From Schmidtea polychroa (lineage: Eukaryota): DNA of 64,000 bases. Position 1 is the first letter of the stretch; each line of letters starts with the position of its first letter. Of the stretch, positions 22,601 to 38,089 are shown piece by piece. The notes under the pieces were generated by a model. It was not told where the DNA came from. It saw only the letters and a program-made list of their open reading frames with translations, and ran no database searches. Location of the stretch: the NCBI GenBank assembly GCA_044892525.1, contig CM097885.1:52578001-52642000 (forward strand). The letters run 5' to 3'. The position numbers and the translations under genes are program-made.

Positions 22601-23003
22601 TCAAGCTCCAGATGTATCGGAACATAGTCCCATGCCAATGTTGTTCATTAAATTAAATACTATGATTGGTCCTAGTGGTAATCAAATACAATTGACTTGT
22701 ACATTTAATTGGAAAACATCCTACACTATTGAATTGTATGGAAAGATTCCACCAATTAATATCCGTCGAATTTATACGAAAGATGAAATAAATCCCAAAG
22801 ATGGTATGAGCTGGCAACCTACGACAAAATGGATGACTCCGTCGGTACCTTATTGTACACCTTTTTATTATTGGATAAGAAATGAAGATAGTCCTGATAA
22901 AGATGATATATTTCCTATGGTGAAACATAACGTTAAAAGATTTCAAGAACCTCATTATATTAGTTTTGGTATGCGTGCTGGGCTAGCCGGCCAAACTGGC
23001 TAA
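19617..23003 (+). CDS. VP1: Parvovirus-like VP1 capsid protein with N-terminal PLA2 (~1128 aa); VP2-like start at 21609
   Basis: YNLCGPGT..DELCLAHDKDY..RHESD PLA2; Gly-rich SSGVPGSGGGNG; jelly-roll signature W..IP..Y..W..M..WKP..IFNIQV; AATAAA at ~23015. Confidence 0.85.
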   Translation: MTVRIYSGEFHMPGYNLCGPGTNTDVRLDKSENRNPVPGSEPVDEIDELCLAHDKDYKNKSVRVRHESDKRLVADLSLIRNDSLTKQQQFVKHIIIFVFKLKMFAEKLFLTKNYLNEFQKINHQNAGSLQLLNTFRKNLNLSNQIKELINMNFTLGNYASILAGEKNFKPHSSYINAGERIFVLYSQVMQPHVTKFLDNFYRNITRPSGFQPLYLSNSLKSLTSDIFKPLTLNQKFTSNIGNFVNRKYINPNISKIINLFRTKNFYTKIISKWGNMSDVAILGLVEAGDQIGEHLKEAIDSDIVYPNPGEHIYEKYSEEEINNYKPLSEHHGYFDYSEYLSPESDIMDEFHRYHNFENPLPKDVPKLFGKQYEYFLAKAQYFVKQLKINGYSTINKPWGIKDIKEHIVDKNYVLRKAFDENPGMMEQFVKTSKGNITKFLTSAMFQTHYNMELPAFDSKDPQKEIYEHIGLRSVEEHNKINPYETYNPSEPNSWYAWTPDGKNQYKWTTTVFRHYWNPSTRRYPRRIPIKALTKVEVNDKFTKYLHSIKNNKIAQTWYNKNGPEDHMLHDRKLNRIQLQILKYHYQLNHHQSGQHDDLKVATQEQLKEYVKRMPKKLSVDVRNRLHHKEITNQILDSHKEHVESTRGSIYTEQLLKEIISSAYDMSTTTAPPVVPSSGVPGSGGGNGILRSSQGDFRPSLDGSSLQFTSTNCGASCIGTTKQSEWHNIPVEYYYPHLMFGNPDLWSAMERFMWWKPISMHYEIFNIQVLGETSPQNFSGLQNQVEMLVYKDTSNIFGPCAMPENKAKAFKDYWLDEASLHNGYNVNNQLSKLTPQMLPKAGWIYICETCPEVQIVNCNTGESIEYDYTASKVKYPRYINEMWTQRCDLTDPKLKDSDPVYWDRFDYFNCKVVKPFSYMCALGRATRTTDKRIVPYPSKMRYHKWIRNNINGKTNYDYKQKILTVHQKVEPTDKADLVDEWYSKKAAAVDEYRQTCQAPDVSEHSPMPMLFIKLNTMIGPSGNQIQLTCTFNWKTSYTIELYGKIPPINIRRIYTKDEINPKDGMSWQPTTKWMTPSVPYCTPFYYWIRNEDSPDKDDIFPMVKHNVKRFQEPHYISFGMRAGLAGQTG

Positions 23004-23498
23004 ATATTGTTATTTAATAAATTTTATCGATTAGTGTTTTATGACTCATTCTCAAAATATATTAGTAAAGGAAAGGCATTATGAGACTATGGTAGACTTG
23101 CATAAAGGCATCTGCCTTTACTTTACTATATATGTTTTCATAAATTCCCACGCAGTCATTGTTTCCCGAATTCATTATAGACTAATAACTTATTCATTTG
23201 TGATAAGATAATGTGTGTATTTATCGATTAGTGTTTTATGACTCATTCTCAAAATATATTAGTAAAGGAAAGGCATTATGAGACTATGGTAGACTTGCAT
23301 AAAGGCATCTGCCTTTACTTTACTATATATATTTATAAACTCCCACGCATGTGTATTTATCGATTAGTGTTTTATGACTCATTCTCAAAATATATTAGTA
23401 AAGGAAAGGCATTATGAGACTATGGTAGACTTGCATAAAGGCATCTGCCTTTACTTTACTATATATGTTTTCATAAATTCCCACGCAGTCATTGTTTC

Positions 23499-23659
23499 CC
23501 GGTGTGCTCTTTTTTATGAACTTGGGAAAAGGGGGGTAAGGGGGGGCCCTACATCTATAGCACGCCATGGCGTGCTTATTAATAAACCATGGTTTATTAT
23601 GAGATGTAGGGGCCCCCCCTTACCCTCCTTTTTCCAAGTTCATAAAAAGAGCACACCGG
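23499..23659. repeat. Parvovirus-like T-shaped terminal hairpin H3
   Basis: Same stem and two palindromic arms as H1. Confidence 0.85.
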
Positions 23660-23783
23660 TCAAACAGTGACTTCGTGGGAATTTATGGAAAGATATATAG
23701 TAAAGTAAAGGCAGATGCCTTTATCCAAGTAGGCATAGTCACATAATGCCTTTCCTTTACTAATATATTTTAAGAATGAGTCA

Positions 23784-24257
23784 TCAAAACACTAATCGAT
23801 AATTATACACACAAACTTTTATCACACGTAAAAATATATTTCCTTCACATAATAATTTCAATAGATTAACATTTTTAAAATCACAATAGATTTCTTCACC
23901 AATAATAATTTCCTTTAATACACAATCGTCGAAACAGAATTCAGATTGAGTTTGAGCACCAGTAAAAAATCCATGTTTAAGATGTCCTCGACATATTGCA
24001 GTGTACAATGTTTTACCACCATTACTTACCCCTTCTAAAATAATAGTTTTGGTTTTTCCGGCTTGAGAAGATAATATTGTATATATCCCAAGGAGGCGAC
24101 GAATATACGTTTCATTTTCTTTAGGAATAATCCTACGATTGTCAAAAATAAGTTTATCAATTTGTCTAGAGTGATCATTGTTAAAATAGAAATTGTTGTT
24201 AGTAATAAAACTCTCCATAAAAGTTGATAATTCATTGTAAATTAACAGTTTATTCAT
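23784..24257 (-). pseudogene. Truncated NS1-like SF3 helicase, copy S3
   Basis: Inverted copy of 16867-17340. Confidence 0.8.
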
Positions 24258-24480
24258 TTGTGATAAAAGTTTGTGTGTATAATTATCGATTAGTGTTTTG
24301 ATGACTCATTCTCAAAATATTATAGTAAAGTAAAGGCATTATGAGACTGTACCTAACTTGGAAAAGGCATCTGCCTTTACTTTACTATATATATTTATAA
24401 ACTCCCACGCATGTGTATTTATCGATTAGTGTTTTGATGACTCATAGGCATAGTCACATAATGCCTTTCCTTTACTAATA

Positions 24481-27632
<3,152 letters not shown>

Positions 27633-27852
27633 ATTTCTCACTAGATCTTGCAGGTTCTCTACTCAACCCATTTAATTATAGTCTGATTATTCATGAACGA
27701 AAACATATAAGACAACAAAATTTATTAATTTCAACATTATGACACAAGGATTCAGCTGTACACATTACTAATGTTTGTCGAAAGAAAAGAGAACGTCACA
27801 ATAAATGCAGATCGGAGTCTTAGTAATCACTTTAAGCGCCGCTGTGGTTTTC

Positions 27853-28602
27853 TTATTTCTCCCATTCGGAGTCGGCGAGCAACTCGTCCAGATTAAAGAA
27901 CTCGGAGGCGTTCTCCTCCCAAGTTACGCCCGCTGCTGAAATGATTCGTGCTGGGGGTCCTGTTGTTAGATCGATGGACACGTGAGAGTTGCTAATGTTG
28001 GTTGAGTTCTCTATCGATGGGATGTTTGGCTTTGTAGCAGCGCGCTCGCGCTGTCTCTTCTTGCGCTCTGCACGAGAGAGTTGTTTGCGCTTGGGTTTGC
28101 TCGAAGACGTAACTTGCTGAAGCGTAGTTGATGCGGCGGTACTAGTAGTTGAGACCGTGCTAGTACCAGTGATGATAACATCTGGTTGCTTGGGCAACAG
28201 TTCCGTTTCAACGCAGTCTCGACAGGGTCGTTTGAGAGGCGTAGATGGATTTGAAGAGGTGTTATGATGAGGTGGAAAGATGTCGTCGGCCTCTTTGATC
28301 GGGATCTGGACGATCTTCCGCGTGGTGGCTGTCTGCAGGTAAACTTTATGCAGTGCCTCCGACTGCTCTTTGATAAGGCTTCTCTGGGCACGGCTCTCCG
28401 AGATGAGCGCGTCCCGACAATGCTCGCTACGATGGAGCTTCTTTTGGGTCTCCTTCATCTGAGCGGGGGTAAACCAAGTGCCCTCCAACTCATCTATCTT
28501 CTTTTTGTAACGCCCGATTTGGGTTTGAAGATCCTTTATTATCGCATTTTTATCCGCGAAAGAGAAGCACGGACGTAATACTGATTTAGTGGCTGGTATC
28601 AT
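27853..28602 (-). CDS. LTR-encoded 249-aa protein (CxxC, coiled coil, basic NLS-like segment, acidic tail)
   Basis: Intact ORF. The paralog from 63442 conserves QIGRYKKKID.LEGTWF.P.QMKE.QKKL.RSEHCRDALISESRAQRSLIKEQSEALHKVY with many synonymous changes. Confidence 0.75.
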   Translation of the reverse strand: MIPATKSVLRPCFSFADKNAIIKDLQTQIGRYKKKIDELEGTWFTPAQMKETQKKLHRSEHCRDALISESRAQRSLIKEQSEALHKVYLQTATTRKIVQIPIKEADDIFPPHHNTSSNPSTPLKRPCRDCVETELLPKQPDVIITGTSTVSTTSTAASTTLQQVTSSSKPKRKQLSRAERKKRQRERAATKPNIPSIENSTNISNSHVSIDLTTGPPARIISAAGVTWEENASEFFNLDELLADSEWEK

Positions 28603-30380
28603 GCTTGCTATAAAGAATACGAATGAAATGTAGAATATACTATTTTCGAAACAAATTAGATACGACCTACGGCCATTCGTGGATGCTTGACCAATGAGAA
28701 GAAGAGAAAACTTATTCTACAATCCGGTTTTACTACAGATCTTATTTACTAAAACGGCTTATTTAACCAAATGCTATCGACTTGACGAATGCTATTGACT
28801 TCGATTCTCTACTGATCTAATTGTATACATGAGGGATGCAGTAGTTAATAGTATTATAGGTATAATATTGACAAAGTAATACAACAACTCTTTAGTAAGG
28901 GGGACATTATAGTATTCAATCAAAAAAAAATATTTACAGGTTATCTATTTTAATTTATCAAAAACAAATCACGGATATTTCGCTAACTAATTAGTGTGGA
29001 ACTATCGCTATCCCTCAACATATTTTAATTCAACATTCATTATTGGAAGTACTTTATTGATTCAACAGTTAATTTGGTTATCTGTGCTGTCTACTATTTA
29101 TCTGGGAGAACGTCTGAAAGTTTTTCACATGTGCGTGAGGATTCCACATCAGCGGTTGCCTTAACCCCCTAATTTACATTATTTCATAGAGATGGGAAAT
29201 CTCACCGGTCACGACATATGTCCAAATTTATTGCTACTGATGTTGACTAGTTGATTTTCCCTAAAAATTGTTAAATCGCTTACGAAAGCTCAGCAATTTA
29301 TATATTTAATTATTTTTAAAAAGAAACTAATGCAATAGTAAAATTTAACACACGTCCACCTTTAATTCATCATGTGTAATTATTTATTTGCAAAACACCG
29401 AGTTTAGGAATTTCAACAGTTGGGCTTAAGAATGTACAATCGCGCAATAGCGGTTATCATGACTCGGTATTCACTTTCTCTGTGGCTGATGATTCTTATC
29501 TAATCATTGGAAAACTACTGGCTGCGTGTTGGCAAAAAGTTCTCATGTAAATCGGTAAATGTGAACTCACTTATTGCGGAGTCTAATCGCAGAAAAACAA
29601 ATGGGTGACACATGGAAAATTTTCTCATCTGATTACGTTAGCAGTGACGACGTTATCGCAAATGGGTGTATACCGATGGATTCATTCCGGGTCTTGTGAT
29701 CGGTGTGTGCCTGTGAGTGTAGTTACTCCACTAAATTCTAATCCGATTAGTAATTTTGGTTGAAATTCCTGATGTTGAATTCACTGAGTTGATCTTAGCC
29801 AATATGAAAAATTTAGTTGTCAATCCCCTCTCGTCGTTATTGTTGGATATACTACTTTTGTGGATATTTTATGAAATCATTCGGAATGCCTTCTCTAATC
29901 TCGACTCGTTGATGACGATTATTTTGGGAATTTAGCAGGTGAATTTTCATGCACTGGCCTACGTATAGGCCGTTCGGGGGTAGTTTTTATTTTATGTAAT
30001 AATAACCAAAATATAAATTTTATATGTGTTGACTTGTCTTCAATTGAAATTTTTGATTATAATCTACTACATGAATCTCCTACTGTCAGAATCGGTGTTC
30101 CAAAAAATGAAGTTGCTTGTGGAACTGATTGTGAATGGTCGTTATGAAAGGAGGAAACAATTTGTCGATATACGAGGTTTACCCTACTGACGGAATTAAA
30201 GTATTTCAAATCGGTGGCCGAAGATAAAGAATTTTCGAATGTGAGTGTTGTAGAATCGTTGCTAATACGAAGGTGATAGACCCGCTTAGTCACTGTGAAC
30301 CACTACCCTTATTCTAATAAATCAGATATCACTACACTCCTTCGGTTCTACTTTCCCATTTTTTATTTTAGGTCACCTTC

Positions 30381-30510
30381 AGCGATTGGACCCGTGAAGA
30401 AGCCTTCACATTTCGGCCCAATCTAGCTGCGTGATTGAAGAACCTCAGATCCGCCGGCTGAGCTCCCGAAGGCACCTCACACCATGATCTGAAGTTCCTC
30501 AACTCCACGT
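30381..30510 (-). ncRNA. Conserved structured RNA element, copy 1
   Basis: Two long hairpins with compensatory changes relative to 61661-61790. Confidence 0.6.
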
Positions 30511-30982
30511 TACTCCACATTTTAACATCATAAATACTAAATTCAAAAGAAAGCATAGAGATCTGAATAAAATTTTTATTAATTATAACGATATCTAAAT
30601 AACTTCATTAAAAATTCATTATTATCAAACGTGGGATCAAATGAAAAGATTGTTAATTCTTCTTAGAAATTTTAATTATTCATTAAGGATTACTATAAAT
30701 CTCGAATGATAAAATCAATGAAGAAAATCCTTACTATTGAGTTAGGCTAAATCGAAAACAATAACTAAATTTCGTCTTCAAAGTTTATCTGTTGATACTG
30801 GTTCTACGAATTCCTCTGATGTAGTCCTCGGTTAATAGTTGTATTAGTTTTGAGTAGGTTCGGTTGTCAGTTCGCTGATAGTTCTGAGTCTAATGAAAAT
30901 AGTTGGTTAACGGTCATATTAGAATTGATGCTTACCTAATGAAAATATTTGGTTAACGGTAATTCTACTGATTTTTATGCTA

Positions 30983-31046
30983 GCTTATATAGTAAATTCT
31001 TATTTAAGCGGACCAATCAAAATTGAGTACCGCTTATTTTATTAAA
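30983..31046 (-). promoter_or_regulatory. LTR promoter (CCAAT box and TATA box)
   Basis: GCGGTACTCAATT.TGATTGGTCCGC ... CTATATAAG is conserved with 61150-61205. Confidence 0.55.
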
Positions 31047-31692
31047 TTAATTTGTTTTTTCCTATTTCTTTGGGTATTTTACTTATTTTTCCTATTTTTA
31101 TTATATTTTTTATTTATTTCTTAAATTCCTTATTATTTGTTGCGTTTTTTGATATCTTATTCATTATCTTATTACTTTACCTTTTAATTTTATCATTTTT
31201 ATGTTTTGTTTTAATCTTTATATCTTATTTTATGATTTATTTTATGTCTTGATTTATTTATTTTAAAATTTATTGTCTTATTTTATTTTATTCGTCTCCT
31301 TTCGGTCTTACTTTCGACGACTGTGTTTTCGATTCAGCCCAACACCAAGATCAGCTGATAACCCTAACCTTGAAGGTAGTCTCCAAACGGGTCATTTGAC
31401 TAGCCACTTTTGTCTCTAGGCTTATTCAGCCTTAAGTCAGAACCGTTTGATTTGCTGATCATCACTCTATTATGTTGAGTATTTATGTAAGTTCCATATC
31501 AATGTCTGACTCCTTGGTGTCATATTATTAAGCAAATCGAACAACTCAACACAATAATATTATTTGGAAATTACCACAATTACACTTATTACCACACACT
31601 TTAATACAACAACTTTACTTTGCAACGCTTTTAGCAACAAAATTAGCACAATTTTCAATATCATCTTTAACATGGCGTAGTGATATTTATAT

Positions 31693-31699
<7 letters not shown>

Positions 31700-31775
<76 letters not shown>
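31700..31775. repeat. (TA)n microsatellite
   Basis: Direct reading. Confidence 0.95.
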
Positions 31776-31776
<1 letters not shown>

Positions 31777-31779
<3 letters not shown>

Positions 31780-33502
31780 TGTGTAATTTGCAGTGTTAAA
31801 CTCAAACGAAGTGGGAATAACCCACGTTCTTATGGCACAAGCGGACTAATAAATCACCTTCGTTCTAAACACTCTGAAGAATATTGTGAATATTCTGGAA
31901 TTTGCAATGAAGCTAAGAAAAGAAAATTAGAAGATGACAAAGCACAGCAGTCGCTATCAAAAAACCGAAATTACAGACATTGGAACAGTTGATTTTAAAG
32001 AAAAAACCGTTTGAAGCCAACGATCCACGTCAGTTGATCATCGACAAACGAATTGCGGAAATGAGGCATCAGACATTTTACCATTCGGTTTAGTGAGTAA
32101 TGTTGGATTTTCGCGATTATTAAATGAACTCGAACCACGTTAGGTCATTCCAGATCGTACAACCTTTTCCAGATATTTAGTTCCTGACATGAATATGACT
32201 GTAAGAGCCAAAATTCAAGGGTTAGTCGACAATGCTACCTACATAAGTTTTACCTTTGATGCATGGACTAGCAAAAACAATTTGAACGGGTTTTTATCTC
32301 TAACAGCACACTGGATCGATAATGATTGAAATAGGATGTTTGAAAGCAAATGAGTGGAATTTATTTGAGAAAACAATGGCAACTCTACGACCATTCGAGC
32401 AGGAAACTCGAAAGGCCAGCTTCTCGCATGCAACAGTAAGCATGATAATTCCCTGCATTAAAGTTCTGCAGGCCACACTTCGAGACGATATAGGGATACA
32501 AACTATGCGATAAGAAATGCTACAGGATTTATGTTCACGTTTTATTGAGATGGAACAAAATAAAAATTTTGTTTTATCGACTTTGCTCGATCCGACGTAT
32601 AAACTAGCAATGCTTAATGTGGTCGCTCAAGAGTTTGCCAAAGATTGTCTGACTGAAGAGATGCTGCGTGAAATCGAAAACATCGCCATTGTAGCATCTT
32701 CATCAACAGCACCAGAAGTTGCGAATGCCATCGCCGTGACTTCATCATTGGATTCGTACTACGATGATTTGCTCGGAGCAGAAACAATTGAACCCACTCC
32801 TGCTAATGAACTAGAATGTCAGAAAAAATAAATGCTTATTTGGCCGAATCTCGTCAGCCAAGAAGTAATCCACCAACGGATCCAATAATTTTTTGGAAAG
32901 CAAAACATCTGGTCTTTCCCATTCTAGCTGCTGTTGCTAAGCGATATTGTACGACCCCCCCCCATCTAGCGTTGACAGCGAGCGAACGTTTAGCACAGCC
33001 GGAAACATCTGTGATGACCTACGTTCAAGACTGACGGCCAAGAAAACGGAGATGCTTTTATTTCTTCAAAAGAATCTTGGAGTCATAAATTTCTATCATT
33101 AACTTTTCTAAATTTGGCTAGCATTCTATTTTTTTAACTCTATGTTATGCACTGTTCAATATTATAGTATATTATATTTACCGCATAAACAAATATACTA
33201 TACACGTTTTTATTAGTTAATAATTAAAATTTTTATAAATAATAAATGTTGTTAATTGTATTTAAAAAATTTTTTAATATAAAAAACAAATGGAGAATTT
33301 GCACACTGTAAGGAAAATAATAGATGATTTCATTGTCGATTTCCGCGATCGTCCCGTGGTAGACCTAGATAAACAGTTTTAGTTAAATCATTGAAAATTG
33401 CCGAAATTCCGAATTATCGGATCGGTATCGGAATCGTTAGATAAACGTCACCGATTATCCAGCTTCTGGAATCGGTAAAAAATCAAAATCGGCCCACACC
33501 TA
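31777..33502 (+). mobile_element. Degenerate hAT (Ac-like) DNA transposon; transposase pseudogene
   Basis: BED finger CVIC..GTSGLINHLRSKH; SFTFDAWTS..LSLTAHWID; TLLDP; FWK..FPILAAVAK..SERTFS dimerisation domain; subterminal ATCGG repeats; end ..CCCACACCTA at 33502. Confidence 0.85.
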
Positions 33503-33625
33503 GTTGATACATACCTATTTCATTGAATTCTTCCTACTAACATCTTTTTCTGGTCTCGATCTCTTCCTTGATTTCCTCTTTCCATATTTGTATAGCACTT
33601 CCTTTCTTTGTGTTTTCGTGCATAT

Positions 33626-34597
33626 TGTTGGGTTTATGATAGCAAAATCAACCGTTGGTTACTCTGATTCCACGTGTTCCAAAAATTAATAAACACAACT
33701 CCCAACGTATATTTATTTTATAGAAAATTTACAATTCTCAATAAATAAGTACACTTTTAGTTAAATGCAATTTTCTCACAATCACCGATCGAACTCCGCT
33801 CCGGAAGGTCTCGACCTTGTATGATTTAAAATAAGTTTCACCTTTTTGCTTGATTCCGCTCTCTAATTCGAACTCTTTTAATATTCTTTTCCGGCTCCTC
33901 GATTCCTCTTATAATTTTTTTTCTTCTTTTATTTTTAATCCTCAAACTCCTATCGTCTGTTTCTTCTTCCCTACCTAAGGCTACCGCCGATTATGTGAAT
34001 TTTGAGTTTCCTTATATACTCCTATAATCGTTGTAATTGCAACATTTTGACGTAATTGGTTTTGACTTCTTTGGTTATTGTTCCCTAATTCGCGATTTCT
34101 GTTGACCCTCTTCGTAATTCCCTTCTTTTGTTTACCATCGTTTATCCGGTTGTTTGTATAATTGTCCTCTGAATTCCTCGTTTATTAACCCTTCCAAATT
34201 GCCGTGCTTGGGTTTTCTTCATCACTCGAGTTCTCCATTGGCTCGGGTTTCCCATTAGCCAATTAATTAATTAATTAATAGTTTTCGTTTTTTCACATTT
34301 GCCTGTTTTACGACCCTTTTTAAACATTTTCTAACAATTTCTTGCTCACTGTCTTCTTCACCACCCCTTAATCTACACCTCTCCCGTTTTCCAACTTCAA
34401 TTTCGATAACCTTTCACTTTATTCCACTTCCTCAGGTTTGTGCATTTTTCCATTTCATGTCTGATTGTACCCTTTTATAGTTCTGTTTTTATCATATCTT
34501 TCTTTGGCATTGCTTCTCTGCTTGACCGCCATTCAATTTCGGTTTTCCTTTTAATCTGAACTATATAATTTAATAATTTACTTTTAAAACCTCAACA
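33626..34597. mobile_element. Solo LTR (972 bp)
   Basis: TGTTG...CAACA ends with 4-bp TSD ATAT (33622-33625; 34598-34601). Confidence 0.75.
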
Positions 34598-34826
34598 ATA
34601 TCATCTATGACATTTGGTTGTTGGGCATTCTCTTCGTACGTGACTTTCAACACCACATGCATCTCCTTTTCATATTACATTCCCCTGCTACTGTTTCCCG
34701 GTTTCTGACACGTCCAGCATTCTATCACTTAACCAATTGTCTCTGGCTTCCATTCGTTGATTTTTCTCTTTGTGGCTCCAACTTGTACCACATCTCTATA
34801 AGTTCTTTCCCCAGTTGTAGGCCCTA

Positions 34827-37050
34827 TTGATTAAAAGTCATGAAACATCTTCATGGCGACCTTTGGCAATTATGGATACTGCATACAGAATTTTTGCAAC
34901 CTTGCTTAATGTGCGATTACTGGGATGGATAAAAACAGGAAATTTGATGAGCGTTAACCAAAAAGCTGTAGGAGCACCTGATGGCTGTGCTGAACACAAT
35001 CTGTCAATCAAAATTGCAATAGAGCATTCCATAAGATCTCAGAAAAACCTACATATTATTTGGTTGGATATTGCCGATGTCTTTGGTCGTCTACCTTATC
35101 AGATGATATGGAACACAGTTGAAAAAATGGGAATTGATCACAGGACATTGAGATTGCTGAAAGACATGTATGAAGATGTCGTCACATATTATGAATGTGA
35201 AAAGAATATATCAAGCAGAACTCCAATCATTAAAGGAGTAAAAAAAGGATGTCCTATATCAATGACACTCTTCTGTCTAACAATTGATTATATTTTGAAA
35301 GATGTTCTAAAATCCTAAAAAAATACAATCCGATAATAATGACATTGTATTATTATCGGATACAAGGAAAGGCATCATTGAATGCCTAGACAAAGTAGTA
35401 GAATTAGCCAATAAATGCTGCTTAAAATTCAAACCTTCCAAATTTGGCTATTACCAACTGCATCAAAATCAAATGGTTAATAATATTTCTCTATATAACG
35501 AAAATCTGCATATCATCAATGAAGATAACCTATATACATATCTTGGAGTTGATATAGGTATGAAAACTAGTTACGACATTGATAAAAAGCTGAATGAAGC
35601 CCTATTGGATACCAAGGATATTATGGAAAGTCATTTGCATCCATCATAAAAGCTATATGCTTACAAAATTTTCATCCACTCACGGCTAATCTTTTGTTTT
35701 AGAAACTGTGTCCTAAACCATATGATACTGAACACCGATAGGAACAGATCTGTGCAAATGAGGGAGAAACAACTGGGATATGATCAGAAGATAAAACGAA
35801 TGATTAAAGATATGGTGAAAGATAAATTCCAGAATATGAACAACAATTATATTTACGCAAACTGCAAATATGGTGGACTAGGATTGACACAGGCTATGGA
35901 TGAATACCTGATCCAAAGTGTCGTCCACTTTTTGCGAATGTTCAACTCAAATGATATCAACTTCAAGAATATGATTATAAATGAGTTAATATGCTCTAGA
36001 GGATATGGATCAAGCATAGATACGGCAATAAAGTGGATGAATGGAGAAAATACAGTGGTTGGTATGAAGGAGTCTATTTTTCTAAAATTCCGAAAATCAG
36101 TTAAAAGATTAAAAGAAAATTTCAGTATTATGGTATGTTTGAAAATCATCGACAATGAATTCGTCCTAGAAATCAAACACAATGAAAGACTACGAATAAT
36201 GAACAAAGAAAATATGGAAGAAACATGTTCAGAACTACATGATCTTATAAGTATGATATATGCTGAAAGATGGCAAACTATGGTCTGTCAAGGACATATA
36301 GCAAAACATATTGGAGAAAGCGAATTTGCCTCAATTTTCATTCAATCGGACTGCCTAACAGATCAACAATTCTACTTTCTAGTAAAAGCCAGGAACAATA
36401 TGCTGAACCTAAAATATAATCCATTTCGATTAAAAGAAAATCTCGATATTATGTGCAGACACTGCAAAATTTTTCCCGAAACTCAGGCACACATATTCAA
36501 TCATTGTACAGAAAAAATAAATTCTAGAAGATCAAAGCACTCAAATGTCCTGGAAATAGTTGGTGATTATTTAGTGTCCATAGGTATAGAAGTTGATATC
36601 GAAACATCACCTATTGGGATTGAAACAACACTTAAACCTGATCTGCTAATAAAACCACAAAGAAAGAATCTCTTCCATATCATAGATCTAAAAGTGCCAT
36701 ATGAAGACAATGACAATTTTGATAACGCCAGAAAGAAAATTTTGAGAAATATAAGAATATTGCATCACAGATTGGCAAATTGAATGGATGCTTAACACTG
36801 TTTTCTGCATTGGTAATAGGAACTCTTGGTTCATGGGATTGACAAAATGATATTATATTGACAAAAATTGGCTTAACCAAACAGGAAACCAGACAACTAG
36901 CAAAATTATCAACAAAAGCAGCAGTAATATCGAGCTATCACATTTTCCGTGATCACACTAATGACTAATATTATGTTTTTACGATTTTAAGTCTTATGGC
37001 TTAAGATGTTTTATGAAGAAAGTTAAAATGTATAAAAGAAGAAAAATGAG
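34827..37050 (+). mobile_element. 5'-truncated R2/NeSL-type non-LTR retrotransposon (RT + CCHC + restriction-like endonuclease), disrupted
   Basis: WRPLA..YRIFA, QKA..GCAEH, WLDIADVFG, GVKKGCPIS, GGLGL, CRHC..ETQAHIFNHC, KPDLLI..DLKVPYE; contains stops and frameshifts. Confidence 0.88.
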
Positions 37051-38089
37051 CATCAGCTCTTTTTATTTGTTGTAATTCCTACTGTATAGGAATTTTTTTA
37101 TTAAAATAAACTTTAATTTTTTTTTTGTAATGACTAGTACCATTTGAGTCTTCACTGGTGTCTTCGTTATTTCGAAGAACCTCTGACATTTTTTGATGAA
37201 TAATTCTAGGTCATCTCGTATGTGAAATTTTTCTGGAAGTAATCTTCCAGTAAGCAGATCCGTTGGAATGATCGCCATGTTAGAAGTTATAACATTCAAT
37301 TCTTCTGTCATCAAATAAATTACTAAGACTAAATAAATCCAAAATTGTCTTTCATTAAATCTGCTTATATAAACAAATATTCTTAGGACATTTTCTTTAT
37401 ATAAATTTTAATGTCAACCAAATATCAACATACCATCAACATACCACATTCATACTTGAATTGCAAGTTTATTAAAAATTATTTTATTTCAAAATTAAAA
37501 TATTCATTTTAATTTTAAACCATTTTAATTCTAATATATTTCAAATAATTTAAGTTTCCTTTTTAATTTTACAAAATTTAATCATGAAATAGTTTTAATT
37601 TTAACTCCTCACAAGTATCATGCCATGAGAGCAGTCATTTGGATTACTATTTGGGGTCGGAAAATATACAAGAGACATTTGTGTAAGAGACCTCCATCCT
37701 CTAGACAAGTACTAAAAGTTGAGATCGACCTAAGCAGTACCCCAACAGTACAAAGAATGAGTAATTAATTTTCAGTTCATAAGAATGATTTCAAAATTTC
37801 TCTATACACAATAATATCTATCAATGAAATTTTAAAATTTTTTTTCATTTATAAAATTAAAATATTCGTGTATTCCTAAATTATAAGGCAAATTCATTTA
37901 GGTAAAATAACAAAAATCGTTTAAATTTATATATATAAATAATTTTATATAATATATGATATATATGTATATATGCTTTAAATAAAGTTGACCTACATAT
38001 TTGTACTTTGAACTAGTTTATGGAGTTGATTTTATTTAATGATCATTGTTAAACATTGAACATTTTAATCGCTGATTGCTAAGTTTATC

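Larger units (their letters stand above)
33530..37279 (-). mobile_element. Degenerate Gypsy-type gag, interrupted by later insertions
   Basis: N-terminal LPEKF..DDLELFIKKCQRFFEI at 37130-37279. Broken CCHC knuckles (CWTCQKPG; HVRREC..KCHR) at 33580-34730 rejoin across the solo LTR. Confidence 0.5.

Noticed and set aside
30368..30556. Conserved peptide NVELR..PSGAQPA..FNHAA (also 61516-61791)
   Set aside because: Substitutions are non-synonymous and restore base pairing, which favours RNA structure over coding.
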